A stretch of DNA of 64,000 nucleotides from Camelus dromedarius (taxonomy: Eukaryota). The notes below the pieces were generated by a model. That model saw nothing but the letters and a program-made list of their open reading frames with translations. It was not told the DNA's origin and ran no database searches. The DNA lies in contig NC_087436.1 of assembly GCF_036321535.1 (NCBI RefSeq), forward strand, positions 59,150,001 to 59,214,000, read 5' to 3'. A program made the translations under genes and the position numbers. This document shows positions 25,800 through 37,590 of the stretch, one piece after another (within the stretch, counting starts at the first letter, position 1; the number at the start of each line of letters is the position of its first letter).

Positions 25800-26445
25800 T
25801 CCACTTCCTTGGCCCCTTCCACTGCTCAGACCATGATGACTGACAACTACAGATGGAGACTCACTGTTCTTTCTACCTTGGCCTTGCCCACCTACATCTG
25901 CTCCATTATCCACAGTGCAGCCTAAGTAATTTTTGGAAAATAATTTGAATCATGTCATTCCCTTGAAAGTGCCAATGTCTCCCATTGATCTCAGATTAAA
26001 GTTCAAATTTCTTAAATCATTTCAATGTCCTTCAATACTTTTCTTGCCTCCTTTGTCATTTCTAATTTTGTATTCTACATTCCAGTCATGCTGGTATCTT
26101 TTATTTCCTAGGCTCAAGAACATTCTCATCTGTTTCCTCTGCATAGAGACTTTCTTTAGTCCCTCTTCACCTGGCTAATTCTACTTTCCCTTCAAGTTGC
26201 AGCATAAACATCAGTTCTTCCAAGAAACGTTGCCTAACTCCTCAAATTAAGTGCCTTAATGCTCTGATGGTATCTCATATAAACATGACAGCCATGTCAC
26301 AGTGATACAATTTTCTGCCTACTCTTTATATCCAACCAGATCACAGAAACCACAAGAAAAGTAATTGCATTTATGTTGTGCAGTTATATTTTCACTGCCT
26401 AGCATAGAGCTGATACATAGTACTTTGCCAACTGTAAAGAATGAA
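25800..26445 (+). mobile_element. L2 relic
   Basis: ccacagtgcagcc...aatcatgtcattccctt...ctggctaattctac...cactgcctagcatagagctgatacatagta. Confidence 0.7.
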
Positions 26446-26489
26446 ATATGTTAGTGCACTACGCCAGGAATATTATGGTAAAGGTATTA

Positions 26490-27384
26490 CAGTTGACCCT
26501 TGAACAATAAGTATGCACAGGTCCACTATATGCAGATTTTTTTCAATAAACACATTGGAAAAATTTTTGAGATTTGGACAATTTGAAATAACTTAATGAT
26601 AAACTGCATAGGCTTGAAATATCAAAAAATTATGAAAATGTCATGAATGCATAAGATATATATAGAGGTGAGTCCTCCTTATATAGGCATAAGGTAATAT
26701 TTAATGTGAAATTAATAACCCGTTAATTTTCTGTTTTGACTTTGCTTTCTAAGAATTCCATTACCATGTATGCCTCTCCCTCTCATAACTGTAAAAACAG
26801 CTATCCAATCTATTTTCACAAGTAAGTGTTTTTTTATTTCCAATATTATGAATATGACTGTAAAACTGTATTCGATAAACATTTTATAACAATTTACTCA
26901 TTAGTGTATAGGCTAGGCTACCATGTAGCAATCATATTTTTTAATAACAGTGCTTAAATCATTACACCTGTAAGTAAATATAAACTTTTTCACACTATCT
27001 TTCCATTTTTGATGTCTAGTGTTATTAATACATAGAATATTAGTGTTTTTTATCATATAAGACAATACTGATGTAGGTAGTGACAGATGATTCACCTTGT
27101 GAATAGATGATGTAAACTTACAGTATCAATAAATACAGTACTACTGTAAATGTATTTTCTCTTATGATTTTTTAAATAACGTTTTGCTCTAGCTTCCTTA
27201 CTATAAGAGTATTATACACATAACATATAGAATATATGTGAATTGAGTATTTGTTATTGGTGAGGCTTATGGTCAATGATAGGCTATTAGTAGTTAAGTT
27301 TGAGGGAATCAAAAATTATATGAGTATTTTTGATTGTTCAGGGGGTCAGTGCCCCTAACTCTCACATTGTTCAATGGTCAACTG
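26490..27384 (+). mobile_element. Tigger2-family non-autonomous DNA transposon
   Basis: TIRs cagttgacccttgaacaa / ttgttcaatggtcaactg, flanked by TA on both sides (26488-26489, 27385-27386). Confidence 0.9.
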
Positions 27385-27779
27385 TATACAGATATAAAAA
27401 ATTTAATATGATGTAAGAAATTTATCTGTCCTTAGGCATTCTGATAAAGTTATCTTTTAAAAAAAGTTTGAATATAAAAAGAAATGTCATAAGGTTACTA
27501 TTTTTAGCCACTAAACCTGGCCAGATACACCAAGAACGAGGTTAACGGTGCAGGTCTTTATTCGTATCACCCCAACTGGCAAGCACTCTGGTTACTTTAA
27601 CTCTTTTGACTATAGAGGCCCCAGTTGCTCAGTATTTAGGCACTTACTCAAAAAAGCATTGTTTTACTTGCTTTGCGACGTTAGAATTAGAATAACAAAG
27701 GTAGTCTAACCTCAGCTTTTCAAGAACTATTTAAGATTAAATTAAATAATATTTGAGAAATTACAATATTTTAAGCCAT

Positions 27780-28260
27780 TCTAAGGGCTGAAAGAATACA
27801 AAGATGACTAAGGCAAGTCCCTGTCTTCAAGTAATTATGTGCACAGATAGAGTACAAGGAAAACTAACAAGAGCTGTAATAATAATAAAAGGTGTGATGA
27901 AGATACAGGAGTATGCAATGTTGCTTTCAGCAGGTTCAAGGAGTGAGATCTGAAAGATATTATGGAGGGTATCACATGAGGATTTTGTGGTGGTGGAAAA
28001 TCTGGGTGAATGGAGAATGAAATAAGGATTTCCATGGTGAAGTAGTAACACTGTCATCAATAACGTGGAATAAAACAAGGGACTGCAAGGGCTAATAGGG
28101 AATATTAAGCATCCATACAGGTGCAGTTTATATTGAATGGAAAGACAGGTGTGGTAAAGTGTGGATGAGATCAGAATGTAGGTCATGAATGCCATATTCA
28201 TAAGGACTTTGGTCAGTGGGTCATAGGATCCATTTAAGATTTCTAACCAGTGTGGTCACC
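27780..28260 (-). mobile_element. L2 relic
   Basis: gaatacaaagatgactaaggcaagtccctgtcttcaag...gaatgccatattcataaggactttgg. Confidence 0.55.
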
Positions 28261-29809
28261 CCTTAGGAATGCACAAAAGAAAAAAAAACTGTTCATGATG
28301 ACTCTATCTTGACATTTTTGTTTAGCTCTATGAATTTCGTAGAAAGTGTCAATCCCATATAATTTGATCCTGCCCCTCCTGAAATAAAGAGGGAGATTAA
28401 AGTGATTTGAATAATACAATGAAAATTGCCACCACTGAAATGCTAATATAGATGCAGCTTTTGCTGAAGTGAATTTTTGATTGTGGGAGATGTAGATTTC
28501 AGGAACAGGAGATTTCACTTTTTATCTGAGAAACAGATTCAAGGGCATAACTGTTACAATATCTTTAATAATAAATCATTGCTGTTGTTTATTTTTCCCA
28601 TTCACCTTATGCCATCTTCACAAAGAATAATGAGGTATCGTTTCTTAACTACATGTATGACGTGAGAAAAGAGAATATCTAATTCTTCAACCCTTTCATT
28701 TTCCTTGAGTACTAATCAGTTCATGATCTCAATGAAGTTATGCAAAATATCTCTGCCATACTAAGACCATCTTGGGAATCTGACTAAGTTTATAGTAAAA
28801 TGATATTCAGTCCATTTTCTTAGATGGGGTAGTTTCCAGTTTTCTACTTCTGCAAAGCAGCTGAAGAGAAAATAAAGGACATAAAGGACAAAGCATATAA
28901 ACTGATTACATTGCAAAGTATAATTGAAAACATGTGCACTGCAATTTTTGAGTAAATGGCAGGCATATAATTGTCACTTCTTCTTTCTTTAAAGTAGGCA
29001 TATGGTTAACAGGAAATAAGTTTGAAATAATCTTTATGTGGAAGCAAAATTACTTCCTCTTCAGTATTCATTTCTATGCAGAATACTTAACATGTTCTGT
29101 ATTTGAATATAAAGAATCTTTTGGAAGTACAGTAATGATTTGTGGATTGGACTAAACCCACAGCATGTTTTCAACTCTTAAACTATATATATTACAGAAT
29201 AAAAGATATTATGTAATTGCAAATATGTTCTAGATTAGCAATTTTATTTCATAATAAGATAGCTTCACTTTCCAGACTATAAATTCGATTGTTTCAAAGG
29301 CTCATGAACACAGTATAGGAAGTTGTATAGAAAGATAAATGCTTCCAGAAGTAGAAAACTGGAAACTACCCGACCTAAGAAAATGGATTGACTATCATGA
29401 AATCCTTTGTTAGTTCATTTCATAATTTGTATCATTCTTCTGAAAATCTTTATTATACAGAATTTTATTTTACATTACTTTTAAGGTGAAGTCCTAAACT
29501 TTTCTTTCAAAACATTTTTTGGGGTTTTATGTTCTTATATATTGTATACCTGTTAATATGTAGACTTTATTTTTTAAATGTATAATATGCTTTCATATAA
29601 TGTATTATAAGTACATAATAATCAGGAACATATTTTAAAAATGAAATGTGATTCTTTATCGCTTTAAATAAGATCTTACGATTTATTGAAACCTGTCACT
29701 CTAAGAACTATTGATGGATCTGGGGCTCCTACTAGGGGATGAGGAACTATGTAATTTATATATACTAGCTCAAGTCAAGTATATATAAATAGCCTGTCAC
29801 TTATTGACA

Positions 29810-30010
29810 GGCTATTTAGCATAGTAGAAACAGCATACACTTGGCATCAGGCAGTGCTGAATTAATATTTTGGCTATAGAATAATTTCTGCTACATAACT
29901 TCGGACAAGTTACTTAGAGGGTCAAAGACTCTGTAGTCTTACCTCTTAAATAGGGTTAATCCTTACTTCTCAGAGTGTTACAGAGCTTAAATGACCTACG
30001 TAAAGTACAT
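29810..30010 (+). mobile_element. MIR
   Basis: agcatagtagaaacagc...taacttcggacaagttactt...taaatagggttaat. Confidence 0.6.
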
Positions 30011-31369
30011 AGCAGAGGACCTGTTATCAGGATGTTTACTACCAGTGTCAGTATTACACATAGGTGAAACTGTGATCTTATTTCTGTTATCAAGAAATCT
30101 ATATTCTGCTCAGGTGTGTGAAATGTAATTGAATAGAGAGTTCCACAAATGAAAAAGAAACACCTGCTCACATCAATGACTATATATACATGTATATCAG
30201 GTAAATGTTTATAAATGCAGAGAGCTGTGTATTTTTGTGTGTGGTAGAGAGAAGCAGATGGCGACTTCAGAGCTGTGTGTGCTCTGCCCCCACACTTAGC
30301 AAGACAAAATAGATCTGAACCCTGGTCTCTCTGAGACCTCTAAATCAAACTTCTGCATGACTCTATTTATATGAAAGGCAGCACAGTTAACTGAGTTCCA
30401 GTTACTATAGTTTGTGCTTCTGGGCAAATAGTTAATCCTAGCCAAGTAGGATAAATTTGGTGTATGACTCAGGCACCCTTAAATTAACAAGGTCTTTTCT
30501 TGCCGATTTGGGGCACAGATTTCTAGAAATGAGGGCCTTCAGGAGGGCCTGTCTTGCCTCCAGGAGCTTAGAGATTAAACTTGGCACTCTTTTACAGGAC
30601 AACAGCTGCTCTCTTTGCAAGAGGAGGAGCATGGAAAGAAGAGAAACCTCTATGCTATATAGGGCACAAGGAACAGCTTGAAGTAGAATACTCTGAAAAC
30701 AATAATACTTAATACAGACTATGGGGCGGGGGGGGGGGGAGTTACGTAAGCTCTACTTTAAGAATTTTTAAAGACGGAAAAGAGTTTCCAATCTTGAAAA
30801 ACACTATTTCAGAGAAAGTCTCAGGAAAATAATGGTATCTTAACTTTTCAATATCTTAAAAAATTCTAAAAGCAAGGGTAAAACCCATGATTTTGAAATT
30901 TAGTGGCAGAGAGAAGAAAACAACTTTGATGAAATGTGGTTGAAGTAATATTAACTCTATTTCTAGATGTTTTCAAACATCTTCAGTGCAGTACAGTTCT
31001 CACTAAAATGACCAGTTCCCTGTTATACATGAGATCTAGTGTGGCTCAATCTTAAATAAACAGTGAGACTGCACTAATGAGGTCAAATAAAATGAGATGT
31101 AGAACTATATAATCAGACAAATAAATATGGCTATAAAAATAATTTTACTAAATATATACTTAAATTATGTTGATGCTATATCCCATGGAAGAAAGCTCTG
31201 TAAGGATTATATGTTCATCAGAATGCTCCTTCTGAGAATTTTAGAAGTAGGTATATAAACAGAAACTGAAACAAAACGAAACAACCGACCAAAAAGCCCC
31301 CTAAAACTCAGAAATACTCTTATACTGTGGCCAGAATTTAAAACCCATTTATTATTTGTTCAGTTTTTT

Positions 31370-32000
31370 AGATAAAGAATAGTTATTGAGCACCTACTAA
31401 ATTTTAGGCAGTATTTTACCAATTACGAACAAGACCAAACTTTGCCCTCTTAGAGTTTACATTCCATGTAGGGGAGACTAAGGGTAATCTATATGTGATA
31501 CATTCCTGCATTGCTAAAAGCTATGGAGAAAGTGACCAAATGAAATGAGCTGGAGAATGACTAAATGAAGGGGTAAGTACTAATTCAGTTGAGTTGGCAG
31601 AGAAATCACCTCAAAGGAAGTGCATTTTAACTTAACATCCAAATTATAGGTAGAGTCAGCAATATAACCACCTAAGGAGGAAAAAAACCCAGGAAAAGCA
31701 AATAGTACTGTTAAAGACCTCAGAGCCAAACATGGACACCAGTGTGTTTGCTGAGGAAGGAGTGGGGGGAGATCACAGAGAACAAGGTCAGAAAAGAAGT
31801 CAGAAGCCACTCATGCAGTCTCATAATAAAGACTGTCTTCAATTTTGTTTGTATTAAAGGATAACTTGATGCAGAAGAGTGATGGGATAAGACCCAACAC
31901 ACTGGAAAAAATGATTGGCTCCTGTATAGAAAGTGGATCTACTAGGTTAGAGTAAGAAGACTTAGTAGGCAATTACCATAGGCCAAGAGAGAGATGACTT
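31370..32000 (-). mobile_element. L2 relic
   Basis: ttattgagcacctact...tgccctcttagagtttacattc...ccaagagagagatga. Confidence 0.7.
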
Positions 32001-32771
32001 GGAGTTTTGGAGGCCCCCAGATACATATATTTAAACTGTTAAGTTATATATGTATATAGTTTTATTTTCATATTTGAAATAAGTAGTTTTCATATATAAA
32101 CTATTTGTAAAAGTCCCTGAAAATTCATGAGTACTAGCACTATGCCTGTAATATCTAAATTAGAAGATGTTATTTTTTTCTTTACTTCTAACAATTAATA
32201 TGTTGCTACCTCTGTAAGGTATCATGTGAAGTAACCTGAAATAATGAATACGTGAATAAAAGGACTGGACTGGTTTACAGACGTGCTCAGTCCACAGGAA
32301 AAGTGGGCTAAATGTGAGTAGTGGAATCCTTTACTTCATTTACTTTTGGGGCCTAGGCATTTCTTCATTTAATAAATTTACACCAATGGCCACTTTTTGC
32401 CAGGCACCGTGTCGGGCATTAAACATGTGGCAAGGAGCAAAAATGACCTGCTACTTGACCTTATGAAGCTTTTGATCTAGCCATCCAGATAAAAATGAAC
32501 AAATGTTCTTTCACTTGTGAGTAGTATTTGGTTTTTGTTTTCAAAGAATAGTGATATTAAGGTATATTTCTAACATATAATTGTTAATCACTTGCTGTGT
32601 TTCAAACCCAGTATCAATGCCAGGCCACTAAGCTTCAAAGGAGAAATCGTCTATATTGGGTAATATTGTTCAAATGTTTCTGTTTAACTGCCTCCAAAAA
32701 TAGTGTACAAAGAACAAAAAATATTGTTCTAAACCGAGGAAGAACTAGAAATTAAATGAGAACAACTGAAC

Positions 32772-32824
32772 TTTTTGTTTTTATTGTCGTATAGTCAGTT
32801 TATAATGTGTCAATTTCTGGTGTG
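32772..32824 (-). mobile_element. Very short L1 3'-terminal fragment
   Basis: ttttttgtttttattgtcgtatagtcagtttataatgtgtcaatttctggtgt resembles the L1 3' end at 8950-8990. Confidence 0.6.
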
Positions 32825-34099
32825 AATTTATAAATTATGTAACTGATTTTGCTTTGGTACCAGTGAGGAAAATGGGACTTTTTTTTTTTTTAATGAAACA
32901 TTTCTTTTTAATTTGAGTGCCTAGAGTATATGCATCTAGGATTTTGAACAACATTTACTTATATATTCATCCCTCCAACAATTCACCTACCCTTCTGTCA
33001 ATTGATTTTCTACAGGTAGTAAAAATTTTTGCTGCCAAGAATAATATTGTCAATATTTGATTTGTTATATTTTGATGTTTTACATATTCAGTCTTTCCTT
33101 CTTCCTATACTTTTGCTCATGATACCCACTGGTCAAAACACAGAGTGATAGAATGAGACATTTTCATTTAGGTCTATAACTGTTAGAAATATTAAAATAT
33201 GACAGTTTAAAAATGTATAAATTGTATTAAAGGTCTAAGATGCAATAATAGTTCATAAAATAACATGAATGAGAATGATTGCATGATATTATTATTTTTA
33301 GAATTGGTTAAAGCATGTATTACTCAGCATTGTTTTAATAATTTATTTGCAAAATTTTCCAAAGCAACTAGATTCTCCCTTGGCAATAACTGGACTTTGA
33401 TTTTCATATGTTCTTTGGGAAATATAAATTCATAAATAAAAAGGAATCTAGAGTTGTAATGTCTAATCCCCTGAATTCAAACAAAAGGAACAGATGGATT
33501 AACAAATCCATTTTAGTAAACTCAAGTATTAAGCCCAGTGCTAAGAAGGTTAAAAATATTCCCGAGGGGAAAACCATTTCCCACATTTTAAGAGAGGAAC
33601 CTTGCAGAATACGAGACCTTGTTTCACTCGATAGCCAAAAGAATCACAGAACAGCTGACAGTATGAAGCCAATTACATAGGCTTTTTTCTTTGGGGAACC
33701 CTGGACGGTGCTCAAGGTGACCCAGTATGGAAAGAAAGAAAATGTTAGAATTTTAAATTATTTTTATACTATGAGAAGGAAATGAAGATTGGTGCCCCAA
33801 ATCCTTACTTTATCTCTTTACGTAACACTCATTTTGCTACATGCTTTAAGTGTCTCTAGCAAATAGAGGCACAGAAAGGTTGACAAGGGCACATGTCCAA
33901 ATTCTGTTAGTTTAATTAATATGAGATAACATGACACATACTTAACTGAACAGACATAAACTTGCACATATCACTGTATCCTAGAAGCAATGTGGAGCTG
34001 ACACCTATGCTGCTACAGTGAACTATCTGATAGCCACATGATGAGGTAAATAAAGTGATAATCTCATCCAAGGTAAGAAATCAGTCAAATAATTAGAAA

Positions 34100-35785
34100 T
34101 TATTTTGCTTAACTGAAACTTCATGCCTGTTGATTGGTGACTCCACATTTTCCACCTTCCCAACCCTTGGCAATCACCATTTAACTCTTTGATGCTGTGT
34201 ATTTACCTATTAAAGATACCTCATATAAGTGAAATCATCTTACTGTGTCTTACTGTGATAGGTTTATTTCACGTAGAATACTGTCTTCAAGGTTCATTCA
34301 TATTGTCACATACAGCAGGATTCCCTTCTTCGTTAAGGATGAATAGTATTTCATTGTATGTATATATTGCATTTTCCTTATCCATTCACCCGTATAGGCA
34401 TTTAGGTTTCTACATCTTGTCTACTAAGAAGAACGTGGGAATGCTAATATCTCTTTAAGATCTTGATTTTAATTCTTTTGGACAAATATCTAGAAATGGG
34501 ATTGTTGGATCATATGTAGTTCTATTTTTTTAATAGCTTCATACTGTTTTCCATAGTGGCTACATCATTTTGCATTCCTACCAATAGTGTACAAGGATTC
34601 AAAAATTTTCAGGCCCTCACCAATACATGTTGTCTTGCTTTTTTGATAATAGCCATCCCAACAGGTTAGAAGTGATATCTCATTGTGGTTTCAATTTGCA
34701 TTTCCCAGATAGTTAGTTACAGTGAGCATGTTTTCATATACCCATTTGCCATTTGTATGTCTTCTTTGGAGAAATGGCTATTCAAGTCTTTAGCTCATTT
34801 TTTTTTTAAGTTGGGTTATTCATTTTTTGCTCCTGAGTTATAGAAATTCCTTACATATTTCAGAGATTAACCTCTTATCAGATCTATGGTTTGCAAATAA
34901 TTTTTTTCCCATTCCATAGGTTTTCTTTTCACTGTTGATTATTTCCTTTGCTGTATAGAAGCTTTTTGGCTTGAGGTACTCCCACTTGTTTATTTTTGAT
35001 TGTTGGCCTATGCTTTTGGGGTCACATCCAAGATCACTCAAAATCAATATGAGCTCTACTCTGTTTTCTTCTAGGAATTTTATAGTTTCAGCTCTTACAT
35101 TTAAGTCATTAATCCATTTTGAATTGATTTTTGTGTAAGATAATGGTCCAATTATATACTTTTGCATGTGGATACCCAGTTTTCCCAAATACCATTTGTC
35201 AGAGACTATTTGTGTAATCTCTCACTTTATTGAAATTATCACTTTGTTCATGCACTGGTCTCATGACTTAGATACACATCTTTGATAGTTATTTTGATTT
35301 TCTACCAGGTAAGTCACATAACTCTATATCAAAAGGGTCAGTTTATGAAGATTTATTTATTTATTAAGTTCCTTTGCTTGGAACATCTTCGTCTAATTAT
35401 TTTCCTTAACTCTGTACCTTAAAGTCTGTGCTTAGACAAGACAGGCATGTCTCCCAATCTTCACAAACTGATTGGAAGACCTCCACCAATCAGCTCTGCT
35501 AAAGATTCTGGAGGTGCCTACCAACTCTTTCTCTTTTCAGGAAGAAACAGAAAGCTGTGGGTTTTGTCTCCTTACTCAGTGCTGAGCCATGAGGGAGGAT
35601 CTTAGGCATCTACCCAGCCCAAACTGCTGTCTCTGTTTTCCCTCATGGGACTGGAGTGATCCCAACTAATCAGAGCTTCAATACTGGTAAGATGCTAGTT
35701 TTTTGGGCAGCCACAGAGAGGTTGGATGTAGGGATTTACTCTTTTCCTCCCCAGGAGTTAGCTGAGAACTGGGGGTTTTCATTTG
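34100..35785 (-). mobile_element. Older L1 (L1MA-like 3' end and ORF2 tail, 34100-35210) joined to an L1 5'/ORF1-start-like piece (35210-35785)
   Basis: ORF2 fragment YTKINSKWINDLNVRAETIKFLEEN and an L1MA-like 3'UTR; abrupt switch in sequence character at ~35210. Confidence 0.75.
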
Positions 35786-36975
35786 TTTGTCTATTTGTCT
35801 TTTTCTGTCTGAATTACTTCACTTAGTATGATAATCTCTAGGTCCATCCATGTTGCTGCCAATGACATTATTTCATTCTCTTTTATGGCTGAGTAATATT
35901 CCATTTTATATATATACCACATCTTCTTTATCCAGTCATTTGTTGATGGACATTTAGGTTGCTTCCATGTCTTGGCTATCGTAATTAATGCTGCTATGAA
36001 CATTGGGGTACATACATCTTTTCAAATTAGAGTTTCCTCCAGATATATGCCCAGGAGTGGAATTGCTGGATCATATGGTAAGTCTGTTTTTAGTTTTTTG
36101 AGGCCTCTCCATACTGTTTTCCGTAGTGGCTGCACCAAACTACAGTCTCAGCAACAGTGTAGGTGGGTTCCCTTTTCTCAGCACTCTCTCTAGTATCCAT
36201 TGTTTACGGACTTTTTAATGACGGCCATCCTGACCAGTGTGAAGTGACATCTCATTGTATTTTTGATTTGCATTTCTGTTAATTAGCAATACTGAGCATC
36301 TTTTCATGGGCTGCTTGGCCATCTGTAGGTCTTCACTGGAGAAATGTCTATTTAGGTCTTCTGCTCATTTTTGGATTAGGTTGTTTTTTTGTTATTGAGT
36401 TGTATGAACTATTTATGTACACATATGTATGTATGTATATATTCTGGAAATTAGGCTGTTGTCAGTTGCATTGTTTGCAAATATTTTCTCTTATTCTGTA
36501 GGCTTTCTTGTTTTGTTTATGGTGTCCTTTGCTGTGCAAACACATAAGTTTAAATAGCCCCATTTGTTTACTTTAGCTTTTATTTCTATTGGCTTGATAG
36601 ACTGATTTGGGAGAACATTTTTATGATTTATGTCAGAATTTTTGCCTATGTTTTCTTCTAGGAGATATATAGTGTCTTGTCTTATATTTGAGTTTAATTT
36701 TGTGTGAGGGAATGTTCTAACTTCTTTGATTTGCATGCGGCCATCCAGCTTTCCCAACACCACTTGCCAAAGAGAATGTCTTGTTTCCATTGTATATTCT
36801 TGCTTCCTTTGTTGAATATTAACTGATTGTAGGTGTGTAGGTTTATTTCTGGGCTCTCTATTCTGTTCCATTGATCCATATGTCTGTATTTGTGCGAATA
36901 TCACATTGTTTTGTTACTGTAGCTTTGTAATATTGTCTGAAGTATGGGAAGGTTATGCTGCCAGCTTCATTATCC
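35786..36975 (-). mobile_element. Cetartiodactyl-type L1 ORF2 3' fragment (same family as 8949-11054)
   Basis: [20 protein letters not shown]...; [21 protein letters not shown]; near-colinear with ~9285-10480. Confidence 0.92.
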
Positions 36976-37199
36976 TATTAATTTCTATTTTTGTGTGTTT
37001 TACCATGACTACAGTATATCAAATCAGGAGTTCATGTAAATAAATGTATAAATGTTTATATTTGCAAAAAAAAAAACTTATATGGTAAAATAATGAAATC
37101 AAAATACTTTGACGACTTCTTCCCTGAAAGTAGCCATATAAAAACTGCCAGTGATGGGTTTCAACCTTATTTAATCTTTACAAAACTTTTTCACTGTAT

Positions 37200-37590
37200 T
37201 ACTTGCAAATTCCTAAACATGTTACTCACTTTCACTCCTTTAGGCTTCTGAAAAAACCATATTTTCTCCAAGAAATGCTTACCTTCTTTTACTACATTAG
37301 GAACTCATCTATGCTTTAAGACATAGCTCAAATATTTCCTCATCACTGGATTTCTCCAGTGTCCCCAAGCAAAATTAATCCCATTCTTTCTACTCCAATA
37401 TCAGTTTGTACTAATTGCTATTACAGTATTTATTACAGTAATAAATACTGTCATTTCTTTAAAATAACTCATTATCTTCCTATCCGGAAGAAAGCTATAT
37501 AAAGTAGGGGCAGTGTCTAGTTTACTTGAGCTTCCAGTTTAGCATGGTACCTGATGCATAGAAGATACTCAGTAAATTTTTGATGAATTT
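37200..37590 (+). mobile_element. L2 3' end relic
   Basis: ttcctaaacatg...tagcatggtacctgatgcatagaagatactcagtaaatttttgatgaat. Confidence 0.7.
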
